NCBI GenBank assembly: GCA_020184695.1
Contig: JAANOX010000241.1
Coordinates: forward strand, 1 to 64,000
DNA: 64,000 bases
Reading direction: 5' to 3'
Origin: Histomonas meleagridis 2922-C6/04-290x
Taxonomy: Eukaryota > Protista > Parabasalia
The notes below the pieces were generated by a model. It was given only the letters and a program-made list of their open reading frames with translations. It did not search any database and was not told the DNA's origin. How positions within the stretch are numbered: position 1 is the stretch's first letter; each line of letters begins with the position of its first letter. The translations under genes and the position numbers were made by a program. This document shows positions 1 through 11,067 of the stretch, one piece after another.

Positions 1-715
1 AATTCCATTAAACAAAACAATATCTGACAAAGTTCTTTTTATATCTTTTGGTATACTTTTTGTTGTTTGCACACAAATGATAACGTTAATATTAAAGTGT
101 CTGAGTTTTTTAAGTAATCTTGACATCTCCGTTTCTTTACTCCTCAGTAAAGGATGATTAGCAAAATCATCTAATATCAACAAACATCTATGCGGATAAG
201 TTTTTCCATTGATATTTCGAGAACTTTTCAGAAATGTATTTTAATTTATTCTTTGAGTTATTCAAGTTATATTTCATAAATAATCTTTCTACTTCTTCAT
301 CCGTTTTCTTAAAATCAGAATGGATATATTTGATGATAGAATTATATTTTAAAATTCTCCGAATATATTTATTAATCCAGTCTAACAAATCAGTATCTTT
401 TTATCGCAACAAGTTTCGTTTTTCTTTATTGCTTCCTTATAAGTATTTACTGTTTCATCAAATTTTTGAGGATGTACTACAAATAGTTATTAATTCAAAA
501 AACGGTTCGTTAAATAATACTTCTTGTTTCGCTCCAAGTTTAACGTAAAGATATGATTTCCCTGAACCCATCGGCGCTATAAAAGCAGTTATTCCGTTTT
601 GAGCAAATAAGAATTTTTCATGTATTGGTTTTATCTTTGCATTTTCTAAAATTTCTTTGTTCTGTTTTTCTAATTTATCAAACAATTCTTCTATCTCATC
701 AAATTTTTTTATCAA
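1..715 (-). pseudogene. A32/FtsK-HerA packaging ATPase, frameshifted, continuing past the window start
   Basis: Walker A IAPMGSGKS (458-715). After frameshifts the minus strand reads CLLILDDFANHP (Walker B) and LRHFNINVIICVQ (A32 Arg/Gln motifs) in 1-190. Confidence 0.85.
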
Positions 716-789
716 CCTCTTTCTCAGAATTATTTTTTTCGCATTATTTTTTTATTTATAAAAAAAATAAATTTTTTTACCGTTAATAA

Positions 790-1275
790 ATGGATTCATT
801 CCAAGATTATTTAATATCAGAATATAAAATTAAGTCGCAAGACAAGTCTTGCTCCGGCAAGACGCCTTACGCCGCTGTTTATTTTAAATATAATCATAAT
901 ACAACAGTGAAGATAGACAAACCATCAAATAAACCTATACTTCATCATAATATTCTTGTAGGCGTTAAATTTTATGATAAGAATTTAAATAAAACAAATG
1001 AAAAGAAACTTGTAAATATTGCTCCTGCAGAATTAAATAATAGATTTATGAAAGCCAGAAATGATATTGTCAAGAAGATCACAAACGAACTTGTTGAGAA
1101 ACGTGAAGAAATCGATAATAAAATTATATCATTAAATGCTTACGTTGGAAATGAAAATATCACGTTTTCAAAAGAGTTTGAAGGAGAAAAAATAACTTTC
1201 CCGGGAAGCGAGCACACGCGAGCATCGAGCCTTCAGGCGAAGACTACAAACGACAAGAAATCGTTTGATATGTGA
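790..1275 (+). CDS. Hypothetical protein inside Maverick-like element
   Basis: 161-aa ATG ORF between ATPase and primase remnants; no motif recognised. Confidence 0.5.
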   Translation: MDSFQDYLISEYKIKSQDKSCSGKTPYAAVYFKYNHNTTVKIDKPSNKPILHHNILVGVKFYDKNLNKTNEKKLVNIAPAELNNRFMKARNDIVKKITNELVEKREEIDNKIISLNAYVGNENITFSKEFEGEKITFPGSEHTRASSLQAKTTNDKKSFDM

Positions 1276-1438
1276 CTTTGTCGCAGTTTGCCATCGGCAA
1301 ATGTAAATTATATAAAAATAACTATCACATAACGAGATATTTTAATTTTTGTCATTTTCCTTTTGTGTTAAATCATTCAAAAAATGCTCATTTTCTCCGT
1401 TTCGTTGAGGGTTCAAAAAAAGGGTTAAAAAATCACCT

Positions 1439-2752
1439 TTGAAAATTAAAAGGTACTTTTTGATAAAAATAAACATATTCATAAAGCATCTTCGTCAATT
1501 TCATCATAAACTATTTGTTCTTCTAATTTTTTGTGATATTTTTCAAACCTATCATAAACTTCTGGTAATAAATTATACACTTTTAAATACTTTTCCATCA
1601 ATCCACTTTTTGCAGTTGCATTTCCCAGTGAATTTTTTCATATTTGCAATAAAAGTCCTTGAACTGCAACTGTTGAATTTATTTTTTTCAACAAAATCAC
1701 AATATAAATTAAATAAATCAGGACCTGTTATGTTTTTGATTTTTTCGTAATTGTCTCTAGCGAATATTTCATAACTTGACATTGAAGCTTCTTTTAATAC
1801 AACATATCTTCTATCATAACTTGCAATCTTTATTGGAACATCATTATTCGATACCATTATAAAATTCGCAACATTTTTCTGTTTCTCTCATCGGTTCATT
1901 TTTTTGATTTATATTTATTGTTTTTATCTGTTATAATAGATTTTTAATGCATCGGAATTTAAAAAAAATTTATTTAGTATCAATACTTTGTAGTTCATTT
2001 AAAAACCAGTAATTTTTTTGTTTTCTAATGTTGCATTAAATTTACCGACTACTGATTCTATATTCGTAACATTTTTCATTTGCGTATCTTGCCATTAATT
2101 TGCAAATTACATCTGTAAAGAATGTATTTTTTTCCTGTTCCTTGATTTCCTAATATAACTAAAGCAACTCCAGTTTTTAAAATTTGGTTTTTTTGAAGAA
2201 TTCTCGCGATCCAAATTAGAATATATCTATAAATTTCTTCATTACCATTTGCTATTACTTCACTGACGTAATCAAAAAATGGATGTATAATTTCTGTTTT
2301 TACTATATCAACCTTTTTATAATCATAACCTCTAAAGTAACAAAAAATTTGAGGGTCTTCGGAATAAAATTTTAATGCCACGTTTTTTTGTTTTTGTTTC
2401 CTTCAGTTCTTTTGCCAATAATTATTTTTTTTTTTTTTTTTTTCGCAACGTTTTCTGATGTATAACTTACTTTAACATAATCATTCACTGCGTCATAATC
2501 TTTAAACATAAATACTTCAGGTGTTGAATCACATACTAAAAAACATTTCTTTAAATCATTTATTGCTTCATCTCCGTTTAAATCATAGTTTTTATTTTTT
2601 CTAATGTCCATTAAACAGAATTTGTCGTTTATATCGATTGTACTTCTGACATCTTTTTTTAGTAGCATTAAAAAAATCAAAATTACTACTTTCAAAACTA
2701 GACTTAATTTACTTAACCTGTACACGTAACGTAACCTTGGTTTTTTTGTCAT
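1439..2752 (-). pseudogene. D5/SF3-like primase-helicase, several frameshifts
   Basis: Fragments YILIWIARILQK..TGVALVILGNQGTGK (Walker A) and SNNDVPIKIASYDRRYVV, then GPDLFNLYCDFVEK; typical of viral/Polinton primase-helicases. Confidence 0.8.
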
Positions 2753-2924
2753 CTCATGTTCTTTATTCTTCTTCTTTTCTTTCCAAAATTTGTCTAGTTT
2801 TTATAGGTAACGTTACGTAAAGTAGCAAAGGTTTTTAATAGTTTTATATTTTTTTCGCACATGCTTATTTTAAACTCGACCGTTAATCCTAATTTTCAAT
2901 CATCCTCTATCGTTAATGCTTTCT

Positions 2925-2992
2925 TTTATGTAGCGCGGGTGGGAGCGAGTGCGTAGCACGAAGCTCACATAGCGCTGTGTGTGTGTGTGTGT
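2925..2992 (+). repeat. GC-rich motif ending in (TG)n, copy 1
   Basis: TTTATGTAGCGCGGGTGGGAGCGAGTGCGTAGCACGAAGCTCACATAGCGC(TG)n; one substitution versus copy 2. Confidence 0.95.
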
Positions 2993-3163
2993 TCTGTTGA
3001 GAAAATTTTATCATTTAATCCTAAAACAAATAAGTATAAAGTACTTTTTACCGTTCCTGGGCAACGTTCATATCAAGATGAAATTCCTGCTTCATTTCTC
3101 CGCGGTAATACTCCTCATAAACAATCAGAAATTGAAAAAGAATTTTTTGCTAAACATAAATGA
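2993..3163 (+). pseudogene. Chromodomain-like C-terminal fragment (as in Maverick integrases)
   Basis: SVEKILSFNPKTNKYKVLF...EIEKEFF; begins abruptly at the (TG)n end with no upstream frame. Confidence 0.5.
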
Positions 3164-3186
3164 TATTAATATTTATTTTTATACAT

Positions 3187-4528
3187 GACAAACTAACTAA
3201 CTAACTAACTAAAAAAGAAACTAGCTAAAGGAAATTCAAAATTGTTCCGTGAGTTTCTCCATTCATGTGAAATCACTTGAAAATTGATGATTTACTCGAC
3301 TAAACTCACAAATGAAATTAAGTTTAATTTTAAAGTAGTTTTTTGATTTTTTAATTTGTATATAAAGAGCTAAATGGCGATTGTTAATTTTACATCAGAA
3401 GAACAAATTAATAAATACATTAACAGCAAAATCAATAAACTTGTTGTTGAACATCAGCAAGAAATCAAAAAAAAATTATTATCTTCATAAAGAATATACT
3501 AAAGAAGAATATGAAAAGATGATAAATCAAATTTATTATAACATTCAACACATACCGGGTGAAATATTTAAATCTAAAAATGAATTTATAACATCTGATA
3601 TGCTCAAAGATCAATATATATCTAATTGCAAAAATGAAATTGAATTAATTGAATCAGATATGAAGAAAGCAGAAAATTTTTAGAAATTTTTTTAATTCAA
3701 GAAAGAAAGAAATTAGAAAAATATCCTCGGTGCAATCAAAATGTAATTGATAATTTGACCGAATATATAAACCAAACGGTAAATTATTATCATCAAAATT
3801 TAATTGATGAATATTTTGACTTATTCGTTCAAAAAGTCAAAAACATTTGCCCGAAAGATAAAGATTATTCCAAAACAATTGAGAGTGTTTATATAAACAA
3901 AAACGGTAAGCGAGCGATGCAAATTCTTGATAAATTTTCGCAAAGATTAATTAATGCTTTAACTACAATAACTCTTTCGGTCAAGAATAATAAAACTTCT
4001 GAATTTATGTTAATTGAAACAACATTTAAGAATAAATTTAATAGATTAATTGATATTATGTATCTGTTTATATCGAATTTCATCAAAAAACAAATAAATA
4101 TTATTCCTGACGCTCATGCGATGTCAAATTCAAAACTTGTGAAAACTTATGCTGAAACTTGAAAAAGAACCACATATTACACAAAGAAACAGTAAAATGC
4201 AAGCTTTATTTTTCATCAGCTCCAGTAAACATGCAATATTCACGTCAAATCACTAAAATGGAGAAACTCATTCAGCTTTTCCGAATTTCCTTTAGCTAGT
4301 TTCTTTTTTAGTTAGTTAGTTAGTTAGTTAGTTTGTCGTGTTAAAAAATAATGAAAACACAACTTTCCACATAGCATTAACAACAACTCATCCGTTATCA
4401 TCATCAGCTCCAGTAAACATGCAATATTCACGTCAAATCACTAAAATGGAGAAACTCATTCAGCTTTTCCGAATTTCCTTTAGCTAATAACTTTTTTAGT
4501 TAGTTAGTTAGTTAGTTAGTTTGTCATG
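3187..4528. repeat. (AACT)n-containing ~80-bp arms: 3187-3263 inverted relative to 4257-4337 and 4445-4528
   Basis: GACAAACTAACT..AAAAAAGAAACTAGCTAAAGGAAATTC..GAGTTTCTCCAT versus its reverse complement. 4213-4337 and 4401-4525 are direct copies 188 nt apart. Confidence 0.9.
3374..4255 (+). pseudogene. Frameshifted hypothetical gene between the AACT arms
   Basis: ATG 3374 (MAIVNFTSEEQ..). The track ORFs 3381-3683 and 3755-4162 join through homopolymer frameshifts (FLIQERKKLEKY..NLTEY is in frame with 3755). Confidence 0.45.
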
Positions 4529-4641
4529 CCTCACACATATTAAATATAAATGTCATCATGAATTTAAATATATTTTATTACTTTCAATCAAAACCAACCG
4601 ATTTATGAGAATTCAATCGATTTTAGCCGTTCATCCTTTAG

Positions 4642-4707
4642 TTTATGTAGCGCGAGTGGGAGCGAGTGCGTAGCACGAAGCTCACATAGCGCTGTGTGTG
4701 TGTGTGT
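4642..4707 (+). repeat. GC-rich motif ending in (TG)n, copy 2
   Basis: Near-identical to 2925-2992; sits at the junction with hAT sequence. Confidence 0.95.
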
Positions 4708-4708
4708 C

Positions 4709-6164
4709 TTGGTTCTGTTCATTTCCTGGAATGTTCATTGATTGCCAAGTGCTAAAGTTATAAGTAAATACATTTTGATTTTCATTTTTTTGAATCGGCC
4801 GATTGGTTGAGCTATTTATCTTAGATCTAATATATCTATCAACCTCATCAATTTCGTCATTCCTTAGTGATGCATAATGAAGCGATGGATTTAATCCAAG
4901 TGCTAATTATAAATCCAGACGATATTTTTCATAGGTCATTTCCCACTATAATATCATCGATTGATCGAATGCTTTCACTGCATCCCTCCATTCAGGATGA
5001 ATATTCAGCTGATGAACAAGATCACTGATGAATCGAAAAGATTGTATCACGAATGATCTCGATCCATAACAATCTCTTTCTAAGTTTAATGATACTTTTT
5101 CGAATCCCTATAGTACACTTAGTAGTGCTTTTGTTTTATCCCAGAAATCATCTGGAGGAGGTGCTGTACCATTACTTGTGAGAAATTGTATTATTAATGG
5201 TTGCATAGTATTAACTGCTTTAACCATTGAATAAATACTATACCATCTAGTTTCTGTATAAGATGGAATAGATATTACATGAGATCCATTCATTATTTTA
5301 CAGAACTGCCTAAACACTGTACTACTTCCAAGATCTCTTTGCATCTCTTTGATGTCATCAAATGCATTACCTGCAGCTGTAATAAAATCTTGTAATATAA
5401 GATTCAATATATGACAGTTGAAGCATATCACTCGTAGCTTTCATCTCAGGCGCTGAGTCACTAACCATATCTGCTATTTGATCATTTTCAATATTATATT
5501 GGCTAAGGCATTCCTTTGTGATATTTGATAGTACTTGAGCTGTAGCATGCATTTCTTCAATTGGTACAAGATTCAAAGTATAAATGTTATAATTTCCTGG
5601 GAATCGACAGTGTACTTGAATACCTAGAAATTTTTTGCACATTTTGTCATTCCATTCATCCATTGAAAGACAGATTTTCTAAGCATGAGGTAATCTTGAG
5701 CCCATTATATTCCTGATTGTATCAGCTGTAGAAGAGCAGAATGATGCAAGATCTTTTCGTGTATGTATACCTGGAAACAGTTGTGCAATAATATCATTAT
5801 CTAAAATTCTGAACGGTAATCCAGATGTTAATATGAATAATCTGAATAATCGATTTCTTTCATTGTTAGATAGTTCTAATTGTTCTTCGATAAGTTCATG
5901 GTGTTTATGTTTGATGTGATTGTTTAAGTTTCCAATTGTGGCATTCATTGAATACCATGAATTGCACCGTGTACAATAAAAATAAGAAGTATCAATTGTT
6001 AAAGGGATCGTTTCTATGTTTGTGATTGGAACAATAATGAATGGATATTTTAGGTTTCTTGACCAACCATTTATAATAATCGAATGCGGATGATTTGTAA
6101 TTTCTAGGTCAATTGATAGGTCTGCTGCTTGAGAGAAATGCTTATAACTATTTATCATTGATAA
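4709..6164 (-). pseudogene. hAT transposase, disabled
   Basis: In-frame TAG/TAA codons and a 20-nt deletion relative to copy B that removes IKWSPCY. Confidence 0.85.
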
Positions 6165-8471
6165 AAGTGAGATCAATAAGGGCAATATTTATATTCTTCT
6201 TATCACAATTTCGAAAACGAGATCTTTGAATGATTTTTAATCGACCAGAACCGTTAATTTATCGATAAGATCGATTGATATCGTTAAATAAACGGTTTTT
6301 ATTGATGTTAAATCGAAAAAACCGTTTATTGAATTTGATCGATTAATCGAAAGCCGATTATACCATTTTCACATCATGTTGGCCATTTTCCGTTTCAATA
6401 TGGCCAACCGTTTCTAATGGTGAATCTTAAAATTCAAGATTAAACCGAATTTTTTTTGAGTGAAGCATCTTTCAAATTTTATGTTGTAAAATGTTGTGTT
6501 CCATAAAATATCGATATTTCTTATATGTACATTTTAATTTTTTTAATATAAAATAATATAAATAATTAAAAAAAGTATTTATTCAATTATGATTGGTATC
6601 ATTTGAAATATCATAGGATAAAATTTGTATGAATTATTCAAATAATTTTGTACATTTTCCCTTGTAACATTTTGAATTGCATCATTTATTGCTTCTTCAA
6701 GAACCTGAAACCGAACAACTCCATTTTTCCCAAAAGGAAGATTAATCGTACCTAGAAGTATTTGATTTTTGTCATGTAAATATCTTTTTACATATGCTCT
6801 AATTTGACTTAAACATCTTTCAATTAAATTAAGATATGGGGAATATGGTGGTAGAAATAAAAGTACAAACTGAGCTTCTTGGCATAATTTAAGTAGTTCA
6901 TATTGTCAATGAATTGAATAATTATCTAAAATTAAGACAAATTTTTGATTTGGTTATTTTGTTATTAAATCATTAATCAAATTTTTAAAATATTCTTCAA
7001 ATTGAATTGCATCAACATTATTTGTTTCAGTTTCATGGTATACCCAACCATAATTTGGACTAACAGCTGCTAAAATATTGATTTTTCTACATCCATCGAT
7101 TAATGATGATTGAACTGCTCTTCTTCCAAATTTAGATCTTCCCATATTTCTTCTTGTCAAAATTGTAAAATTTGATTCATCAATGTAAATTTGTTGAATA
7201 CTCTCTGATAAATTTGTCAATTGATTTAAATAATTTACTCGCTGTTGAATTATTTCTGGTGTATTTGCATTTGCAGAAACATAGCGAAGCTTTTCATAAA
7301 AAAACAAAATTTCCATTCAAATGACAGTGAATTATAGATAAAGATATTTGATCATTTGGTATTTCAAACTGTTCTAATAAAGCATTTTTGATTTCGAGAA
7401 GTGTTGATGCGCTGTTTTATCCCACATAATTTATAATAAATTCTTCCATTTCAGGAGTAACGATTTGATGATGAGAACATCTTCTATTTAAAATTGGTGG
7501 ACAATTAAAATTATTCTCCATAATTTGGTGAGTTCTTCTTCTAATTGTCCTTGAAGACATTCCAAGAGCTGATCCTACTACATTAAGATCTTCACCATTC
7601 ACAATTGTTTTTGTTAAAGCCTCTAAATCTTTGACACGAGGTATATATCTAGGCATACACATCTTAAAATAATAAACAAATACAACATTTTACAACATAG
7701 AATTTAAAAGATGCTTCACTCAAAAAAAATTCGGTTTTTTAATCTTGAATTTTTAGATTTATTATTAAAAACGGTTGGCCATTCTGAAACGGAAAATGGC
7801 CAACATGATGTGAAAATGGTATAATCGAATATCGAACGATAATACGGTTATTTATCGATTTTTATCATTAAAAGCAAACCGTTTCATCGATTTTTAACGA
7901 TTCCCAACCCAGTGGCACTGGTTTAGTTGCCCGATGGTTTTTGGAAGTGACCATTTCATCAACAAAGATTTAAACAACAATAATATTTCTCTTTACCCCT
8001 TTTATAGATATTTTATACATTTTCGTTTTTGAATTTCAACTTCCGATGCAGTTTGTTAAAAATTTTCCATGAATATAAATTCTTCATTTAACGAACTCCG
8101 ATATTTGACTACGTTTGTTGCCATATTTGATAGCTATCGTTGCTATATTTCAGTACATGGAAATGATCGGCGTTATTCAAATATAACAACAGACTTAGTT
8201 AAAACTGAACGATAAGATTTCCAATTGGAAATTGTTTGGTTTATTCTATAAAAAGTAGCACTTTTGTACTTCTAAGGAATTATGATATGAAAAATAATCG
8301 TTGCAATATGGCACGATTTTCCCGTTTGAAAGTGTCTAATTAAAATTAAACCAAATATTCTTCATGTCCAGATGTTTAGTAAATTTTTTTGATCCTAATT
8401 GTTATTTTATTATGACTTCATTTACAAGAGATCCTTCTAAAAGTGACACTTATTCAACTCCTATCGTTAGG
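4829..8471 (-). repeat. ~3.65 kb segment duplicated in inverted orientation at 38580-42256
   Basis: Continuous reverse-complement match from AATATATCTATC (4829) to CCTATCGTTAGG (8471). Confidence 0.95.
6363..7819 (-). mobile_element. Tc1/IS630-family element copy A, ~135-bp imperfect TIRs, TA target duplication
   Basis: TA|CCATTTTCACATCATGTTGGCC ... GGCCAACATGATGTGAAAATGG|TA. Transposase IYIDES / LILDNYSIH / PYSPYLNLIE with 34 residues between D and E; 3 stops and 1 frameshift. Confidence 0.92.
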
Positions 8472-8477
8472 GGTTAA

Positions 8478-9084
8478 CTATATCAAAAACTGTTACCGCA
8501 ATCTAATCCTCAAAATTTGATTCAAGATGAAGAAATTAAAAAATAAATTGAAGAAATAGTAAAAACTATATCAATGCTTTGTGGACCCATAGCCAATCAA
8601 GATCCTAATAGAGAAAATGAATTTATTCAGCTATTGATAAAGTACACAAATTCTTACATAGATTTCCAAAATATCATTAACGAAATTTCAATGTCTCAAC
8701 CAGAAATGCTTCTAACAAAGAAATTACTAAACTTACAGATGATGAAAAAAGAGGATTTCGAAACTTATTAGTTTTAAGTCAAATGTTTCCTAATTATACG
8801 AGTTTACATCCATTTTATCCAGTTGATTTTGTTTTGAAAGTTGATTATTGTTATGACACATTTTTTTGGCCATTGAAGCAGAAATTCAAAATAATAATCA
8901 AGAACAACTTTCCCCATATGCTTCTCCAGGAAACTCATCCTGCGTATCACCAGCGAAGTCACCGTACATCCAACCTCAAATATTGTTGCTGATTATCAGT
9001 AAGTTGATCAACTCGAAAACAAAAAATCACCTGCAGCCGTTGAAAGTCAAGTACAGACATTGCATAAACATTCTGGTCATTTGA
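8478..9084 (+). pseudogene. Disrupted host gene remnant next to the TE cluster
   Basis: Readable across stops and frameshifts: LYQKLLPQSNPQ..MLCGPIANQD..KLTDDEKRGFRNLLVLSQMFPNY..AIEAEIQNNNQ; begins right after a TTAA. Confidence 0.4.
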
Positions 9085-9338
9085 AATGATTTTCATTTTT
9101 CTTTTGAGTATATTTTCTTGTTTCTGCGTTTATACGCAACCGTTTATTTGTCTGGACGTTGTTCTTTGTATCGCTCTTTTGATCGGAAAAAGTATCTCTT
9201 TTGTGTTGTAAAAATTGGTTGAATCAAAATTTTAAACCGAATGATCATTCAATTACATCCGAAATTTGATAAGTTTACATGCATGATTTGAATTCTCTGT
9301 TGTGTGTGAATGTTCATTTTTTGAGTGATTTATGAAAT

Positions 9339-10013
9339 GTGGCTGAATCAAAGAAACGTTTCAACTCAATGGCTTCTTTCGCGAAAATATACAACGAAAG
9401 GAAGAACATTACAGATAAATATTTTGACATGATTGAAACTGCAGAAAAACATCGAGAAGAAGAGTATGAAGCATCAATAAAAATCCAGAGATGTTTCAGA
9501 AGATTTGAAAATATACAAAATATCAAATATCAAAATAAAATGGCAACTATAATTCAATGCGCATTTCGTAAGCATCAAGCACAAAGATTATTTAAATGTT
9601 TGCTTGTTGAAAAGAATAGAGATGAAAGAATGAAGTATTTTAACACAATGGCAACAAAAATACAAAGATGCTGGAGGGGCTATGAGAGCCGGAAACATAT
9701 ATTTGATTTTTACAAACAACAAAAATATCTTCAAAACATTTCAGAAGCAAATTCAAAAATGCGTCGCGAGTTGGACGCGTATTATGTTCGTACAAATGAA
9801 GAGCAAAAGCAAGCTAAATATGAAAGAGATAAGAAAAGACAAGAAGCAAGCGCATTACATCAGCATTATCTTGTATCAACAGCTGCAATTCCATCAATTT
9901 TCCAACCACCATCGTTCACAAAAGACGCTGATGCAATGCCAGCAATTGAAAACTTCATACGAAGTGTAAACAAAGCAAAAATTGTTGTGCCAAATCTGAA
10001 TCAAAATAAGTAA
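9339..10013 (+). CDS. IQ-motif calmodulin-binding protein, SPATA17-like
   Basis: Three IQ motifs (IKIQRCFRRF, TIIQCAFRKH, TKIQRCWRGY) followed by coiled coil. Confidence 0.75.
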   Translation: MAESKKRFNSMASFAKIYNERKNITDKYFDMIETAEKHREEEYEASIKIQRCFRRFENIQNIKYQNKMATIIQCAFRKHQAQRLFKCLLVEKNRDERMKYFNTMATKIQRCWRGYESRKHIFDFYKQQKYLQNISEANSKMRRELDAYYVRTNEEQKQAKYERDKKRQEASALHQHYLVSTAAIPSIFQPPSFTKDADAMPAIENFIRSVNKAKIVVPNLNQNK

Positions 10014-11067
10014 AATATAAAAAATTAACGGAAATAAAGTGATTTTATAAACTGTGTGCCAAAGATATTTGGTATATTTTACATAAATTTCATTATTTGA
10101 TTCAATGTATATTGTAAATAAATTTCCATATAAATTGTGAAATATTTTACCAGTTGAATTTTTGTGATGTAGTTTTTAGCTTAATATTGATATGTGGTTT
10201 TGGGTCTAGCCCCAGGTCTTGTTGTTTATGTGTTTTGAAATAATTTACACACAATGGATGTTTAGTAAGATATTAAAATTCCGATCAGTATCAATTCAAA
10301 AAAGAACTTTTGAAAGTTAAAAAATGTGAACTGGCGAAAAAAAATCAGTAGCGATTCCACTTTTTGAACACAGTTCTGTGAAGGTCGATCGAAAAGTGCA
10401 ACGGTGACATCACAGTTTGCTTTGGGCCTATTGACAAATTGGTTTGGAATAATCGAATTTATCATTAGATATCTTGATTATCATATAGTTTTATTCAAGG
10501 TTTGAGTTATTAATTTTTATGAATATTTAAATAAAATAAATGATATAAGAAAAAGTGCATTTGCACTAAATAAAAATATGAAAAATAAATTGATTTTTTT
10601 ATGATGATTAGTATTCAATATATTCATATATCATGAAGATTTTTCAATCTTTTTCGTGAATATTGTAACATTTAAGGGTTTTTTTCTTATTTTTATTAGT
10701 ATTACTTGAAAAACGTTAAAAACAATAAATTGCTATTTTAAAGATTGTTTTTTTGTATTAAAATATCAAATTAATAGAATATATTACATATGTAATATAA
10801 TTTTTATAATAAAAGAATTCAAATTAAAAATAACAATATTTATTTATTTTTGCATTATTTCCCTATTAATGACAATGATCATTTTTAACACAAAATTCTA
10901 AAATTGCACAAAAAGCAGTATATCATTTATTTGTCTTAGGAAACAATTTTCATAGTTAACACAAATTTTCCCAAATATCGCAAAACAATCTCAAAACATA
11001 TCTAAAATTATTTGTACATATAAAATAAAAACTTCTTTAGACATAAATGTAAGACAATTCAAAACGT

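Larger units (their letters stand above)
1..4707. mobile_element. Decayed Maverick/Polinton-like DNA (probably two nested pieces)
   Basis: Carries A32-type packaging ATPase, D5/SF3-like primase-helicase and chromodomain fragments, plus two copies of a GC-rich (TG)n-terminated motif. Runs off the window start. Confidence 0.8.
4709..7912 (-). mobile_element. hAT element copy A, 3'-truncated, with a Tc1 inserted in its subterminal region
   Basis: BED finger CTRC..NLNNHIKHKH, SMDEW, VSDSA, CHILNL, ETRWYS motifs. Subterminal ATCGAT/AAACGG-rich repeats; candidate end CTGGGTTGGGAATCG (7898-7912, minus). Confidence 0.85.
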
